A stretch of 64,000 nucleotides of DNA from Octopus vulgaris (taxonomy: Eukaryota). The notes beneath the pieces are model-generated. The model ran no database searches. It was not told the DNA's origin and was given only the letters and a program-made list of their open reading frames with translations. Below, piece by piece: positions 39,903-52,334 of the stretch; positions within the stretch are counted from its first letter, which is position 1; every line of letters starts with the position of its first letter. A program made the position numbers and the translations under genes. Location of the stretch: NCBI GenBank assembly GCA_951406725.2, contig OX597832.1:37758001-37822000 (forward strand), given 5' to 3'.

Positions 39903-40858
39903 CGTGTGTGTGTTTGCGTGCGTGTATGTGTATATAAACACACACACACATATACATATGCATCTATGTATATACTAGCATACCCGTGTCGTAAAACTAT
40001 AGCGATAGTTTTACTAATATTAGAATTGATACCTCAATTCAAAACGATGGGAGATTAATTTCTTCACTAAATTTTCCCCAAATACTTTGCACTATTTATG
40101 TAAAAGAAATAAATCACAATAATTTGTAAATTTAAGGGTTTCTTTTTTTTTACGTCAATGTACCTTTTCGCAATAATATTTTTATGAAAATATGTATGTG
40201 TGTGTCTTTTCTAGTTTTACGTGGTCGCATCTTCTGTTTGAAGTGAAGCAGGAGTGCCGTTACCATTTTACAGTAAGCAAGGCGCATGAAATCGATGACC
40301 ATTTTGCCATTGGAATTTGTATTTTGATCGCTATATTAAACGTAATTCGTCAATATCACGACATCCTGACGATGAAAGTATAACAGTCTACAGTTGTTAC
40401 TGATGGTTTTCGGAGCATTTTACTGCACCAAACAACTGCGAGTAAGCCATATATAGATATATGTTGCAGTATAAAATTATGTACCTAACTCATAGCATGT
40501 AAAATATTGAACTATTGAACTAGACTGATCTACAATTAAATGTGCTCCAGCCAAACTCATTACGTTATTACATGGTTATATAACTACAATATACTATCAC
40601 AAGGAGTTATAGCAACTGTTACTTCTAGCAGTTCGAACGGCTGCCAAGTGTCTCTATTGCTGATTCTCTTCCTGAAAGGTAACGGTAGAGGTTGTTGCTG
40701 TTACCGCTAGAGCTGCTGAAGATTTGTTATTGTTGCTGTTGTTGTTGTTGCTCACACAAATGTATTCCACGTGCAATTAATTGATTAAAATCTCATTAAT
40801 TCTGATCTTTGACAAATTGAACAATCGCTCTGCGTGTTTTGCAGTTTCGTGGACGTCC

Positions 40859-40889
<31 letters not shown>

Positions 40890-41341
40890 CGTGTATTTAT
40901 GTATAAAATCATAGTTTTATGTAAGTGAATGTTATATTCTCTCCATGTGTGCGTGTATAAGACACCACTGTGAAAGCTCGTCGAAGGAAATATACCCGCT
41001 ATTGTGAGGCAGACCCAACATGTCACCCTGTTTAACACCGACCCTTGACCTCTGAGAGACTTTTGTAGGATCCATTCAGATCACTTCCTCTTGCTAAACT
41101 TCCTGCTAGTGTTGGATACTCTACACAAGTTCATGGGCGCTGACCTACCTCCTCTCATTAAATCACTAAGAAAAAAAAGTCTGCATATGCTTTGTATGTC
41201 TTGTGTGTGTGTGTGTGTGTTGTATGTGTGTGAGTGTGTGTACGCATCTGTGTTTGAGTACGGGTTACTGCATATAGCTTTGTAGCTCATATATTCTGGT
41301 AGTTTTGTGTATGGTGCTGTCAATAAGTCCGTAACTATCTG

Positions 41342-41392
<51 letters not shown>

Positions 41393-41604
41393 GTGCTAAA
41401 GTGAAAGCGCTTTGGGTATGTGAGAAACTTGATTCCCTGCGTGCGTAATTTGACATGTATGGGAGGTTGACAGATATTTTGGGTTGACAGTTTGGTTTTT
41501 GGTCCTTTTGTTTGTATGTACGCATGTGTATATGCGTGTGTCTGTATGTGAGTGCGCAAATGAGTGTATTTTGTGTGTGTGTGCATGTCTGTATGTGTGA
41601 GAAG

Positions 41605-41878
41605 TGAAGACACGTGGCTTTGTGGTTAGGGTATTTGGCTCATGATCGTAAGGTCATAAGTTCGATGTCGAGGCGAGGCGTTGTGTCGTTGAGCAAGACA
41701 CTTTATGTCTCGTTGTTCCGGTCCACTCAGCCTTGTCACATTCTGTGTACGCTGAAAACCAAATTAAGGGTACACATGTCTGTGGAGTGCTCAACCACTT
41801 GCACGTTAATTTCACAATAAAGCTGTTTTGTTGATCGGATCACCTGGAACCCTTGTCGTCGTAACCGACGGAGTGCCA
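41605..41878 (+). mobile_element. SINE family C
   Basis: GTGGCTTTGTGGTTAGGGTATTTGGCTCATGATCGTAAGGTCATAAGTTCGAT..GTCGTAACCGACGGAGTGCCA. Confidence 0.85.
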
Positions 41879-42904
41879 ATTTTTGTATCTGAGAGAGGCA
41901 GATGAACAGACAGATATGTATGCATCAGTGTTGTATGTATGGATAAATATTTTTGTCAAATGCTCAAGTGAGAAAGTGATATTATTCATAATGATGTTGT
42001 TTGGCCTCTGGTCAGCACTGATCCAAAAAATTTCCAACTATGACCAACCTGTCTTTTCCCATTATATTCAGGGCTTCATTGTTCCATCGTGTTATAATAT
42101 ATAATATTTGACAGCTATACACACGTAAACACGAGCGCGCACACACTCACACAAACACACCACACACATACACTCACACACATTAACAAAATTGCATTTT
42201 ATTGAAAGCGACTTCGAAGTTTCCACGTACGTGGCTTACTGAAACGACAGGTGTTGATACCTGTGGTTTACAACCAGGTGCGATCTACAGATCCCGGAAA
42301 AACCATGCTTCCAGTTTTGTACATATTGTGTACCCTAATAATGATATCATTGTGGTCCCTCAACGGGGTAGAAACAGACGAGATGGTTACGGTTAATCAA
42401 CAATGATATGAAGCTTGAATACATATATTCATATAAAACCAATGTTGGTGTCTCTTTGCATCCACGAATCTTGCTAGAAATCATAGCAAAATTTCTTCAG
42501 ATTACGTCTTTAACGTTTAGAAATGAATGACCACGGATTGGGTATTGTAGTTTTCAGATATACTTTTAACTATGGGGTGATCACGACTGGAACGCTTTTA
42601 ATCATAGGTCAGCAGGGTAACGTTACGTTTGTGGCTAAATAACAACAACAGCAATAATGTTGGTTTCAAATTTTGTGGGGCAGAAAAAAATCGCCAAACT
42701 GAAGAACAATGAGGAAAAGAAAGAAATGGAAAAGGAAGGAAGAAAAAAAGAAAGAAAGTAAAAGAGGACAAGGAAAAAAGAAGAAAAGAAAGAAGAAAAA
42801 GAAAAAAGAAAGAGAGAAAGAAGGAACAAGCAGAGGAGTAATAATAGAACATCACCGTTATTTCAGACCTAAAGGTCTACTCTGATTTATGGCTGTGTAC
42901 TCTG

Positions 42905-42913
42905 TCACACACA

Positions 42914-42989
<76 letters not shown>

Positions 42990-43495
42990 TACACAAACAC
43001 ACACACACATACACACACACAGACACAAACACAAACACACACACACATACACACACACAGACACATACACACACAGACACAGACACACACACACACACAC
43101 TCACACACATACAGACACATACACACACATACACACACACACACATACACACACATACACACACAGAGACACATACACACACACAGACACATACACACAT
43201 ACACACACACACACACACATGCACACACACACACATACACACACACATACACATACACACACAGAGGCACACACAGAGAGGCACACATACAGAAGCACGC
43301 ATACACATTAACACATGCACATATAAATACACATTTCACAAACTCGTAAACACACACGTACATATATATATATATACATACACATATAAACGCATACATA
43401 CATAGCTACATACGTACATACATGCATACATATACAGACATGTACACATATACATACATTACACGCATACATCAAACATATACACAAACACATTT
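42905..43495. repeat. Long degenerate (CA)n array
   Basis: Directly visible. Confidence 0.95.
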
Positions 43496-43927
43496 ACCTG
43501 CACGCGCAGGTAAATGTGAGCGAAAGGAGGAGGAGAAGAGTGAGAGAGGGAGAGACATGTATAAGTGTATGCTTCTTTGCGTACATGAGTGTTCATGTGT
43601 AGGTGAGTATATGTCTATATCAGTATATACGTCCATACAAACACGCGCGCGCGCATATATGTGTGTGTAGAATTTCACACAAAAAATGAAAGGGTCTAAA
43701 CCTCAATGAAATCCTGTCGTTGCATGTGGAAATAAGCATTCACTCAGAATATTGTACCCTTACATACAAACTTATACATACAAACAGATACACACACATA
43801 CACACACATATACATATGCACGTGGTCTGTTATACAACTGCCGCTTTGTGCTGATTTATATATAAATATAAACGCACAGTATATACATGTGCACAGATCT
43901 AGACACATATACATGTATATGGTTTGG

Positions 43928-43929
<2 letters not shown>

Positions 43930-43973
<44 letters not shown>

Positions 43974-44057
43974 GTGTGTGTGTATATATATATATATATA
44001 TAGATATATATACATACATACATATATGCATATGTATATAGATATACATGTATATAC

Positions 44058-44142
<85 letters not shown>

Positions 44143-44181
44143 CATATATATGCATATGTATATAGATATACATGTATATAC

Positions 44182-44223
<42 letters not shown>

Positions 44224-44258
44224 TTATATAAAAATGTGTGTATATATACATACACACA

Positions 44259-44325
<67 letters not shown>

Positions 44326-44361
44326 GCTTATATAAAAATGTGTGTATATATACACACACAC

Positions 44362-44436
<75 letters not shown>

Positions 44437-44480
44437 CACATATGTCAATTCAGTTATGCATACACACACACACACTTCAC
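43930..44480. repeat. (TA)n/(CA)n field containing two nested tandem duplications
   Basis: ATATGCATATGTATATAGATATACATGTATATACG occurs twice; TGCTTATATAAAAATGTGTGTATATATAC occurs at 44221 and 44325. Confidence 0.9.
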
Positions 44481-44882
44481 ACACATTTATACACTCGCAG
44501 AAAGAGGGAGACGGAGGAGAGAGTGAAAGAGAAAGAGAAAGAAATGTGAGAAGTGAGAGAAGAATGATAGGACGAAAGAGAAAGTAAGTGATTTAAAAAT
44601 AAAAGGAAAATTCCGCCCCACCAAAAAAATAACAAACAAACAAAAACACGCCCAAATAAACCAAATCCGAAGTGTCACAGGTCCCTTCCTTAAAGTTAAA
44701 GTTCATTTACCACCCTGGCTCCTTCAGTGTACCTTTACGTGTACTATATACACCTGATCCTTAATTCTTCTAGACGTGTGACGTTCATTTATTTTAAGGT
44801 CAACCACGACAGATTTCGAACAGGTTTTAGTTACTCTTTTACACCATTGACGTGTGAGGGAGTTCAATACTACATTACGCCT

Positions 44883-44883
44883 G

Positions 44884-44948
<65 letters not shown>

Positions 44949-44950
44949 TG

Positions 44951-44982
<32 letters not shown>

Positions 44983-44991
44983 GGTGGTGGT
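44883..44991. repeat. (GTA)n-(GTT)n-(GGT)n microsatellite
   Basis: Directly visible. Confidence 0.95.
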
Positions 44992-45671
44992 ATTTTTGTT
45001 CTTTTGAATAACCGTGGTCCCATTTGGAGAAATCATTATTGTTCATAATGGTTGCTGAAGAATCTTGAAGATCCAGTAAACGGTTACGCCAATTATGGGA
45101 GTGACTTGCCCTAAGCCTCGATATAACTGAATGACTAAGCTGTTGTTTTGTTTAGCCCCAGGTCATCCATGATCAAATAGGCCCATGTTCCAAAGCATTC
45201 TAGTCATAATACATATCACGCCTTTTATGTTTTTCCTTTCGAGCTTAATTTAATGTGCTCATATTATATAATGTGTCCTTTTCAAAAGGCAGTTGTATTT
45301 TTAAAGGTAACCTAGCTGCTAATTTTAGGAGATCGACGGACCACATAAAAGCTTTCAAACCCATTCATTGATCTTAATGGACAGGTGGATGGGGGTAGAA
45401 TATGTAGTTGATCCACAAGAAGTTTGAACTCAAGATATTGAGATATCAAGCTAAAGTCATTGCCATTCAGCACTCTCCCTATGTCATTCAGTCTCGACTA
45501 AACTGCATCTCTCATTTCCCTTATCTAACAGAACAACGCAATACATGAATTACCAGCACATTAACAATAACAACAATGATGTACCAGTCAGGTACTGGGG
45601 TTGTTGTATTCGACTTATCCCAACCCCTAAAATTGCTGCTCTTGTGTCAAATTTGAAAATAATAATTATTA

Positions 45672-45712
<41 letters not shown>

Positions 45713-45796
45713 GATTGAGAGAGCAGGGCATGCCATCAAAGTGACACTGGGATACAAATATACGAAGCCCAGTATACTCATCATGACTACCCGTCT
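45713..45796 (-). mobile_element. Second copy of the (TAA)n-associated retroelement 3' end
   Basis: Reverse complement is close to 34112-34196. Confidence 0.65.
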
Positions 45797-45809
45797 CATG
45801 GGAGAGTAA

Positions 45810-45915
45810 GCATCCTTTTGGGGTCGATAAATTAAGTACCAGTAAAACATTGGGATCGATGTAATTGATTATCCCCCTCTCCCAAATTTCAGACCTTATG
45901 CCTATAGTAGAAAAT
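45810..45915 (+). mobile_element. SINE family B, 3' part
   Basis: CATCCTTTTGGGGTCGATAAATTAAGTACCAG..TTCAGACCTTATGCCTATAGTAGAAA. Confidence 0.75.
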
Positions 45916-45986
45916 ATTACTATCATCGTCATCATCATCATCATCATCATCATCATCGTCATCATCATCATTATTATTATTATTAA

Positions 45987-46022
<36 letters not shown>

Positions 46023-46512
46023 GGCGTGTTGATATACTTTGCTCCTATTCGAAAAATGAAGGGCGGTGTTTTGTTTAAATAAGGTGCAATTCTCTTACAA
46101 CAAGAATTTCAACATATCGTAGATTTCAAGCGTTTAAAATCATGAGGATACCCAAAACAGACGCCCACTCTGACCTCAAACATCACCACCTTGACTACTA
46201 TCGGTAGCAGTGACATAAAAAAAAAAAACAGACGAATTTGAGAACAACGACAGCAATTCTAACAACAACCATAATTACAATTATAACAAACTGTAACAAT
46301 TATAACAAAAACAAGCAACAATAGTAACAATAATACACCATCCATAGTAGAAGCAGCGGGAAGAATGACATCTCAACAATAAGCAGCAACTACAATATCA
46401 GTAACGGTGAAAGAAATAACATCAGTAAAGCGCAATCCGTAAGCAATAACAACGAAGTGCTTCCTTCGCAGGAGTAGTCTCCATAAAGGAATTTTATAGT
46501 ATAGGCCTAGAA

Positions 46513-46713
46513 CAGTGCTTTTCAAACTTTTTACTGGAGCGGAACCCCAAGGAAACATTCCACTGGCTCGAGGAACCCCTGTGCAATAATTTAATAGTCT
46601 TATGCACACATATCTGCACAGGAGAATTAAAAATTACTGCCGATTTTAGCAGTTTTGTAACTTCTTGCGGAACCCCTGGACTGTACTGACGGAACCCTGG
46701 TTGAAAACCAATG
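46513..46713. mobile_element. hAT (Charlie-like) MITE, 201 bp, perfect 8-bp TSD
   Basis: TIRs CAGTGCTTTTCAA / TTGAAAACCAATG; GCCTAGAA at 46505-46512 and 46714-46721; repeated sub-terminal GGAACCC motifs. Confidence 0.9.
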
Positions 46714-46809
46714 GCCTAGAAGATAAAAGAACCAGCATCCCGCACAATGACCTCTGGTTACTAGCTGTACATGCGATTTTTTTTCAGTTTTGTTTCTTTT
46801 TTTACTTCC

Positions 46810-47819
46810 CGTCCTCATCATTAAATGTATGGTCGGAATACTCTGACTCGGATAGTGTACATCTGCAGCTTTTTCCTGGTGGTTTGTACGTATGTTCGCC
46901 GTTTGTCAGATTCACTTTTACCCAGCTCATCCCAGAGCTGCAGTCCTGGGTCAAGCGTCAACCGAGCCAGGTGTCTCGCACCTAGAGAATCGTTGGGCGC
47001 TCACAGCCCTCTGCCAAACGGACAGGGCAGTTGATGGAAACTCCTCCATGGCGTTCTATAAATTAACAGCAGTCAAGAGCGACGAAGACTTCCGGAAACT
47101 GGGCGTCGACGAGAATCAACTAGTAGGTCAGTTCCGGAGGGCTTTCGATACAGAACCCATGGAGGATTTCCGGAAACCTCTGCCCTGGTAGTGCTACCTG
47201 GTGCGTGGCATTATCGATTCGGGATAAACTCTACTGGCGAGGTAGAACCGTTACTCATCCCTATCTGAGACATGCGCAGAACGACGAAATTATTCTGGAT
47301 ACCCTCCTACAGTGTCAGAAGTTACTGAATTATGGAGTTATGTCGCGTCACTACGATCGGGTCCGGCTACCGGCAGATGCCATTGTAAAGATCACCACGC
47401 TGCCTTTTTGAGGTTAGGAAAGCTGGAGAGATCTCCTCTGCTATGGCCAAAGAATTATGCGGTAGAGGATACTGAAAGAACTGTAAACAGGTACTTCCCT
47501 CTACAACCAAGCCCTCATCGTGGAGAGATCTCCTCTGCTATGGCCAAAGAATTATGCGGTAGAGGATACTGAAAGAACTGTAAACAGGTACTTCCCTCTT
47601 CGACCAAGCCCTCATCGACTTTTTAAAGTTTCATTTGGGAGGAAAGAAGCTAGAGTTGAGAGGGAGAGATGCTCCCCCGTCTTTGGTAAATTTGTTGAAA
47701 GGTGATAAATGAGGTGGTGAATGGAGTGAGTGGCCTATTCTAAGCTGGCAACTATAGGATGGAGAGAACTGATGGAAAAGGAGCACTTCCAGGCGGTGCT
47801 TTTGGCGGTCAGTGTCATG

Positions 47820-47820
<1 letters not shown>
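46810..47820 (+). pseudogene. Decayed 3' end of a non-LTR retrotransposon ORF2 (L1/Tx1-like, CCHC knuckle region)
   Basis: GC-richer island; frameshifted translation ..SPFVRFTF..LQSWVKR..PMEDFRKPLPW*CY..ALSIRDKLY..YLRHAQNDEIILDTLLQC..ELWSYV..AMAKE..FFKVSFGRKEARVERE resembles the W..ALPVRDKL..CPRC..ETxxHxLxxC module of L1/Tx1 ORF2; ends in (AAT)n. Confidence 0.75.
47424..47617 (+). repeat. 97-bp tandem duplication inside the LINE remnant
   Basis: 47424-47520 and 47521-47617 are identical except for 2 substitutions. Confidence 0.97.
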
Positions 47821-47871
<51 letters not shown>

Positions 47872-47909
47872 GATGATGATAATAATAATGATAATTTTGG
47901 CACAAGGCT

Positions 47910-48020
47910 AGCCTTTCATCATTTCGAGGTCGATAAAATATGTACCAGTTGAATACTGGGGTTGATGTAATAGAATATCCCCTTCCCCACATTGCAGGCC
48001 TTGTACCTCTAGTAGAAAGG
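47910..48020 (+). mobile_element. SINE family B, 3' part
   Basis: GCCTTTCATCATTTCGAGGTCGATAAAATATGTACCAG..GGCCTTGTACCTCTAGTAGAAAGG. Confidence 0.8.
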
Positions 48021-48038
48021 ATTATTATTATCATTAAT

Positions 48039-48253
48039 AAGGCGGCGAGCTGGCAGAATCGTTAGCGCGCCGGACAAAGGGCTTAACGGCATTTCGTCCG
48101 TCTTTACGTTTTGAGTTCAAATTCCTCCGAGATCGACTTTGCCTTTCATTCCGCCGGGGGTTGATAGATTAAGTACCAGTTGCGTACTGTGGTCGATGTA
48201 GTCGACTATCCCCCGTCCCTCAAATGTCAGGCCTTGTGCCTAGAGTAGAAAGG
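48039..48253 (+). mobile_element. SINE family B, full length, ~18-bp TSD
   Basis: AAGGCGGCGAGCTGGCAGAATCGTTAG..GAGTTCAAATTCC..GTAGAAAGG; flanks ATTATTATTATCATTAAT (48021-48038) and ATTATTCTTATCCTTAAT (48254-48271). Confidence 0.9.
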
Positions 48254-49072
48254 ATTATTCTTATCCTTAATCCGAAAGTCTTATTACTGTTCTTTGTATT
48301 CTCGTATTCCATTTTGTCTTCCCGACCAAATTCTTTCTTTTATGGAGAAGCATTTTGCCAAGAAGAGGAAGCAGAGCAATGAATTTACATGTGACTTCTT
48401 CTATTGCACCTTTTAATTCCATTCTTGAAGTTTTGGCGATATGTAAGATCTCTGGTAGAGCTAGAGCGGTTAAAAGCCATTAAAAATGAAAGAGAAAAAC
48501 AGAGGAAGAGAAAGAAAGGAAGAAAGAAAAAAGGCAAGAAAGAAAGCAGATAATAAAAGGTAAACGACCTAAATCGGAATAATAGTGAGACAATAAACGT
48601 TTTAACGAGAAAGCATAAAATTTTCAGTTAAATAAATGAAGAAAAATAGTAACGCGTTCGAAATAAATAAATAAATAAAAAGAATGGAGAGCAACAAGGA
48701 GAGGAAGGAGTGCTTTCTCCGTTTTATGAAGTCGTTTTCTTCAACAGTTGTAATTAATTCGAAGTTAATGGTTAAGGTGTTGCGCTGTCGTCGTCGTTGT
48801 TGTTGTTGTTGTTGTTGTTGTTGTTCAGTTTATTGTTGTTTTTTTGCTTTAGAAACAATTTAGACCTTCCGTTTTATTTATTTATTCATTTATTTATTTA
48901 TTTTTGTTTTGTTTTTTTGGCGTGTGGTTATTGTTTTGTCACCTGCTCTTACCACCACTACCGACATCATTGTAACAAGAAGAAAAAGAACAACAACTAC
49001 ATGTAGTAGTAGTAGTAGTAGTAGAATTACGGCAAACAACAGTAACAATGTCAATTATATATAGAACAATAA

Positions 49073-49290
49073 AGGTAGTTGGCAAGCTGGCAGAATCGTT
49101 AGAGCACCGGACAATATGTTTGGCCGCATTTCGTACATCTTTACGCTCTGAGTTCGAATTTCAGTGAAGCCGACTTTCTTCCTACGAAATCGATAAAAAC
49201 GGGTACCAGTTGAGTACTGGGGTTGATGCAATTGACGTAACCCCTCCCCCACCCGAAATTTCTAGCTTAGTACCAAAACATTCCAAAAAT
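49073..49290 (+). mobile_element. SINE family B
   Basis: GCTGGCAGAATCGTTAGAGCACCGGAC..GAGTTCGAATT..GTACCAGTTGAGTACTGGGGTTGATG. Confidence 0.8.
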
Positions 49291-49371
49291 CAATATATAG
49301 AATAAATACTGCGAAAATTATCACGTGTTTCTTTATTTCTATTTTGTTTTGAAAGATTTTCCTTGAGTTTC

Positions 49372-49686
49372 GTGACACCTTGAGCAAGTGTCTTTGGTCG
49401 ACCAAAACCTTGTGAGGGGATTTGGTAGATTGGAAAAAGCCCGTCATATACATGTCCTTTGTGTTTGTCCCCCACTACGGCTTGCCAACAGGTGGTTAGT
49501 TTCTTTACATCTACGTAACCTAGCAGATCGGCGAAAGCAACTGATGCAATAACTTCAAGGTTTAGAGAAAAGACACAATGGTGTCAATTCATTTGACTAA
49601 GAAACCCACTCGAAGTAGTGCTCCACTCGAAGTAGTGCTCCAGTCTAGTCGCAGTCCGGTGATTGAAACAAGTAAAAGATAAAAGA
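49372..49686 (+). mobile_element. SINE family A, 5'-truncated, with 17-bp internal tandem duplication
   Basis: GACACCTTGAGCAAGTGTC..GATTTGGTAGA..TGAAACAAGTAAAAGATAAAAGA; CCACTCGAAGTAGTGCT twice at 49606-49639. Confidence 0.75.
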
Positions 49687-49725
49687 TATTTGAAAACAGA
49701 CGTATATATTTGAAGCTCTACACAC

Positions 49726-49797
<72 letters not shown>

Positions 49798-49840
49798 GTG
49801 AGTGTATGTGTGTGTACATATATACATGCGTATATATAAA

Positions 49841-50046
49841 GTTAATCCAAACATGAAAACACAAAGAGAAAACACAACAACGCGAGGACGTGGAACAATT
49901 ATATTGTTATTGGACACTCAGGAAAGAAGGAAAGAAGGAGGATTTAACGTTTCCAGCGGAGCTCTTCGTCAGAAACATATAAAAAGAAAAGGTCCAATGA
50001 AGGGAAGACGGAGAAAGAAAATCGCCAACGGTACACACGCGGTCAC
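49841..50046 (-). mobile_element. Short Penelope-pLTR-like element with a minimal hammerhead-like core
   Basis: Minus strand TTT-CTGACGA-AGAGCTCCGCTG-GAAA-CGTT-AAA at 49943-49975; its 3' end abuts (TA)n. Confidence 0.6.
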
Positions 50047-50262
50047 GTGTCTGTGTTTGTCCCCCACAACCGTTTGACAAACGGTGTTGGTGTGTTTACG
50101 TCCCTGTAACATAGCGGTTTGGCAAAAAGACAACGACAACAAAAGTACCAGGCTTGAGAAAAACCGAGTACTGGGGTCGATTCATTCGACTGGAAATTCT
50201 TCAAGGCCATGCCCCAGCATGACCGCAGCCTAATAACTGAAACAAATAAAGGAGAAATAAAA
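50047..50262 (+). mobile_element. SINE family A, 3' half
   Basis: GTGTTTGTCCCCCAC..GTGTTTACGTCCC..GTACTGGGGTCGATTCATTCGACT..ACTGAAACAAATAAA. Confidence 0.8.
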
Positions 50263-50336
50263 AGAAGACACTTGGATCGTTTTGAGCACTTCTGGTCTCC
50301 ACTTGTTCTACGTCATGTTTTGACATTTTTTTTACT

Positions 50337-50381
<45 letters not shown>

Positions 50382-50930
50382 TACATACAGTTTATGTTAC
50401 AGTAAGTGGCCATTCACGGCACACCTCGATCGTTCAATCGGTGCATTCAGTCAGAGAGCAATTACAAATTTGTTGCAGTCTGTGACAATAAATGTATTTG
50501 AAATTCATTCTTTTCATTTAAATGAATTTCGAGTTTATTCGCAAGAAGAAGATACTCATATATCTTTTAGTTATTAGACTACGGCCATACTGTAGCACCG
50601 AACAATCTGTTTTAGTTGACTGAATCGACCTCACTGCAATTAGAAATTTGTTGCAGTCCTATGGACAATGGCGCGTTTGAAATTCATTCTTTTCTCTCAG
50701 GAAAAAAATACTTAATTTCTTGAAAGACTATTACTCATCGTATCGTTTCCTTTTACCGAACTGCTAAGTTATGAGAACGCACCAACACCGGTTCTGAAGC
50801 GGTGGTGGTGGACACAAAGACACACAATCACACACAAATACACACACACATATATATATATAGCTACATACATACATACACACAAACATACACACACACA
50901 TATATATATACAGGTACATACATACACACA

Positions 50931-50992
<62 letters not shown>

Positions 50993-51159
50993 TGTATGTA
51001 TGTATGTATGTATGTATGTATGTATGTATGTATGTATGTATATATATATAGTTAAGGAAATTACGTTGCGTGGAAACACTTGTGATTAAAAAATAATTGT
51101 CCCTTCTTGTTCTCTTTGTGTCCTTTTCTCTCTCTCTCTCTCTCTCTCGCTATTTATAT

Positions 51160-51193
<34 letters not shown>

Positions 51194-51199
51194 ATGTTT

Positions 51200-51395
51200 G
51201 TGTGTCTATATTTGTCCCTCCAACATCGCTTGACAACCGATGCTGGTGTGTTTACATCCCCGTAACTTAGCGGTTCGGCAAAACAATCCGATAGAATAAG
51301 TACTTGGCTTACAAAGAATAAGTCCTGGGGTCGATTTGCTCGACTAAAAGGCGGTGCTCCGGCATGGCCGCAGTCAAATGACTGAAACAAGTGAA
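51200..51395 (+). mobile_element. SINE family A, 3' half, low divergence
   Basis: CATCGCTTGACAACCGATGCTGGTGTGTTTAC..GGCCGCAGTCAAATGACTGAAACAAGT. Confidence 0.9.
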
Positions 51396-51708
51396 AAAAA
51401 AAATCAAGAAGTACCAACATTTACCGATGTGAGGCGGCGCGTATCTATAAAGAGATTATAAAGAAAGGGAAAACGAGGAATAGGGAAAGGGAGGGAGTAA
51501 GAGAGAAATAGCGAGTGGGTGGGGGAACGTCTTAAGAAAGTGGATGTCTTTTGGTGAATCCATATCGTTGGTCGCCATCGTTTTATGTTAGTCTCCAAGA
51601 CACTTCTACTGTGCAAAGTATTGTCGGCAAGACGCGCAGACACATACGAAATTCTAGAGAGGAACCATCGCACCATGTCTGGATGGAGGTACTAAATGAA
51701 GATCAGTA

Positions 51709-51732
51709 AGGTCACTGAGGTCACCGAGGTCA
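51709..51732 (+). promoter_or_regulatory. Three AGGTCA half-sites with 3-nt spacers (double DR3 motif)
   Basis: AGGTCA-CTG-AGGTCA-CCG-AGGTCA; motif only, function untested. Confidence 0.3.
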
Positions 51733-52019
51733 AGTATTTGGGGCCAGTTTCTGTTAGATCAATTAAAAAAAAGATACTGGACATGAACACACACAAACGC
51801 ACGCACGCACGCACACACACACACATATACACACATGCACTCACTGAACCATTTAGACGAAGACCTCGCGAACCCACGCACATACCCACATAGACATACA
51901 TGTGCCACTGACACTCACAAAACACGCACACACACACACACGTATGTACACACAGCAGCGCGCGCACACACACACACATACACACTGACACGCTCATACA
52001 AGTATATTCTAATACCTAT

Positions 52020-52256
52020 ATCTATTTCTTTGCGACCCAGAAGGGGGCTACCCACAGAGGGAACAAACAAGGACAGACAAACAGATTAAGTCGATTACAT
52101 CGACCTCAGTGCGTAACTGGTACTTATTTAATCGACCACGAAAAGATGAAAGGTAAAGTCGACCTCGGCTTAATTTGAACTCAGAACGTAGCGGCAAGCG
52201 AAATATCGCTAAGCATTTCCCCCGGCGTGCTAACGTTTCTGCCAGCTCGCCGCCTT
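52020..52256 (-). mobile_element. SINE family B variant with an alternative 3' tail
   Basis: Head AAGGCGGCGAGCTGGCAGAAACGTTAG and core as in family B; tail TCTGTTTGTCTGTCCTTGTTTGTTCCCTCTGTG..AAGAAATAG differs from 48039-48253. Confidence 0.85.
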
Positions 52257-52334
52257 AGTGCGAGCACATACCAGAGCACACGTGCTCACGCACGTATCCA
52301 AACAGTTAGTTGTTATGTTTAGCATCTAAAATTG

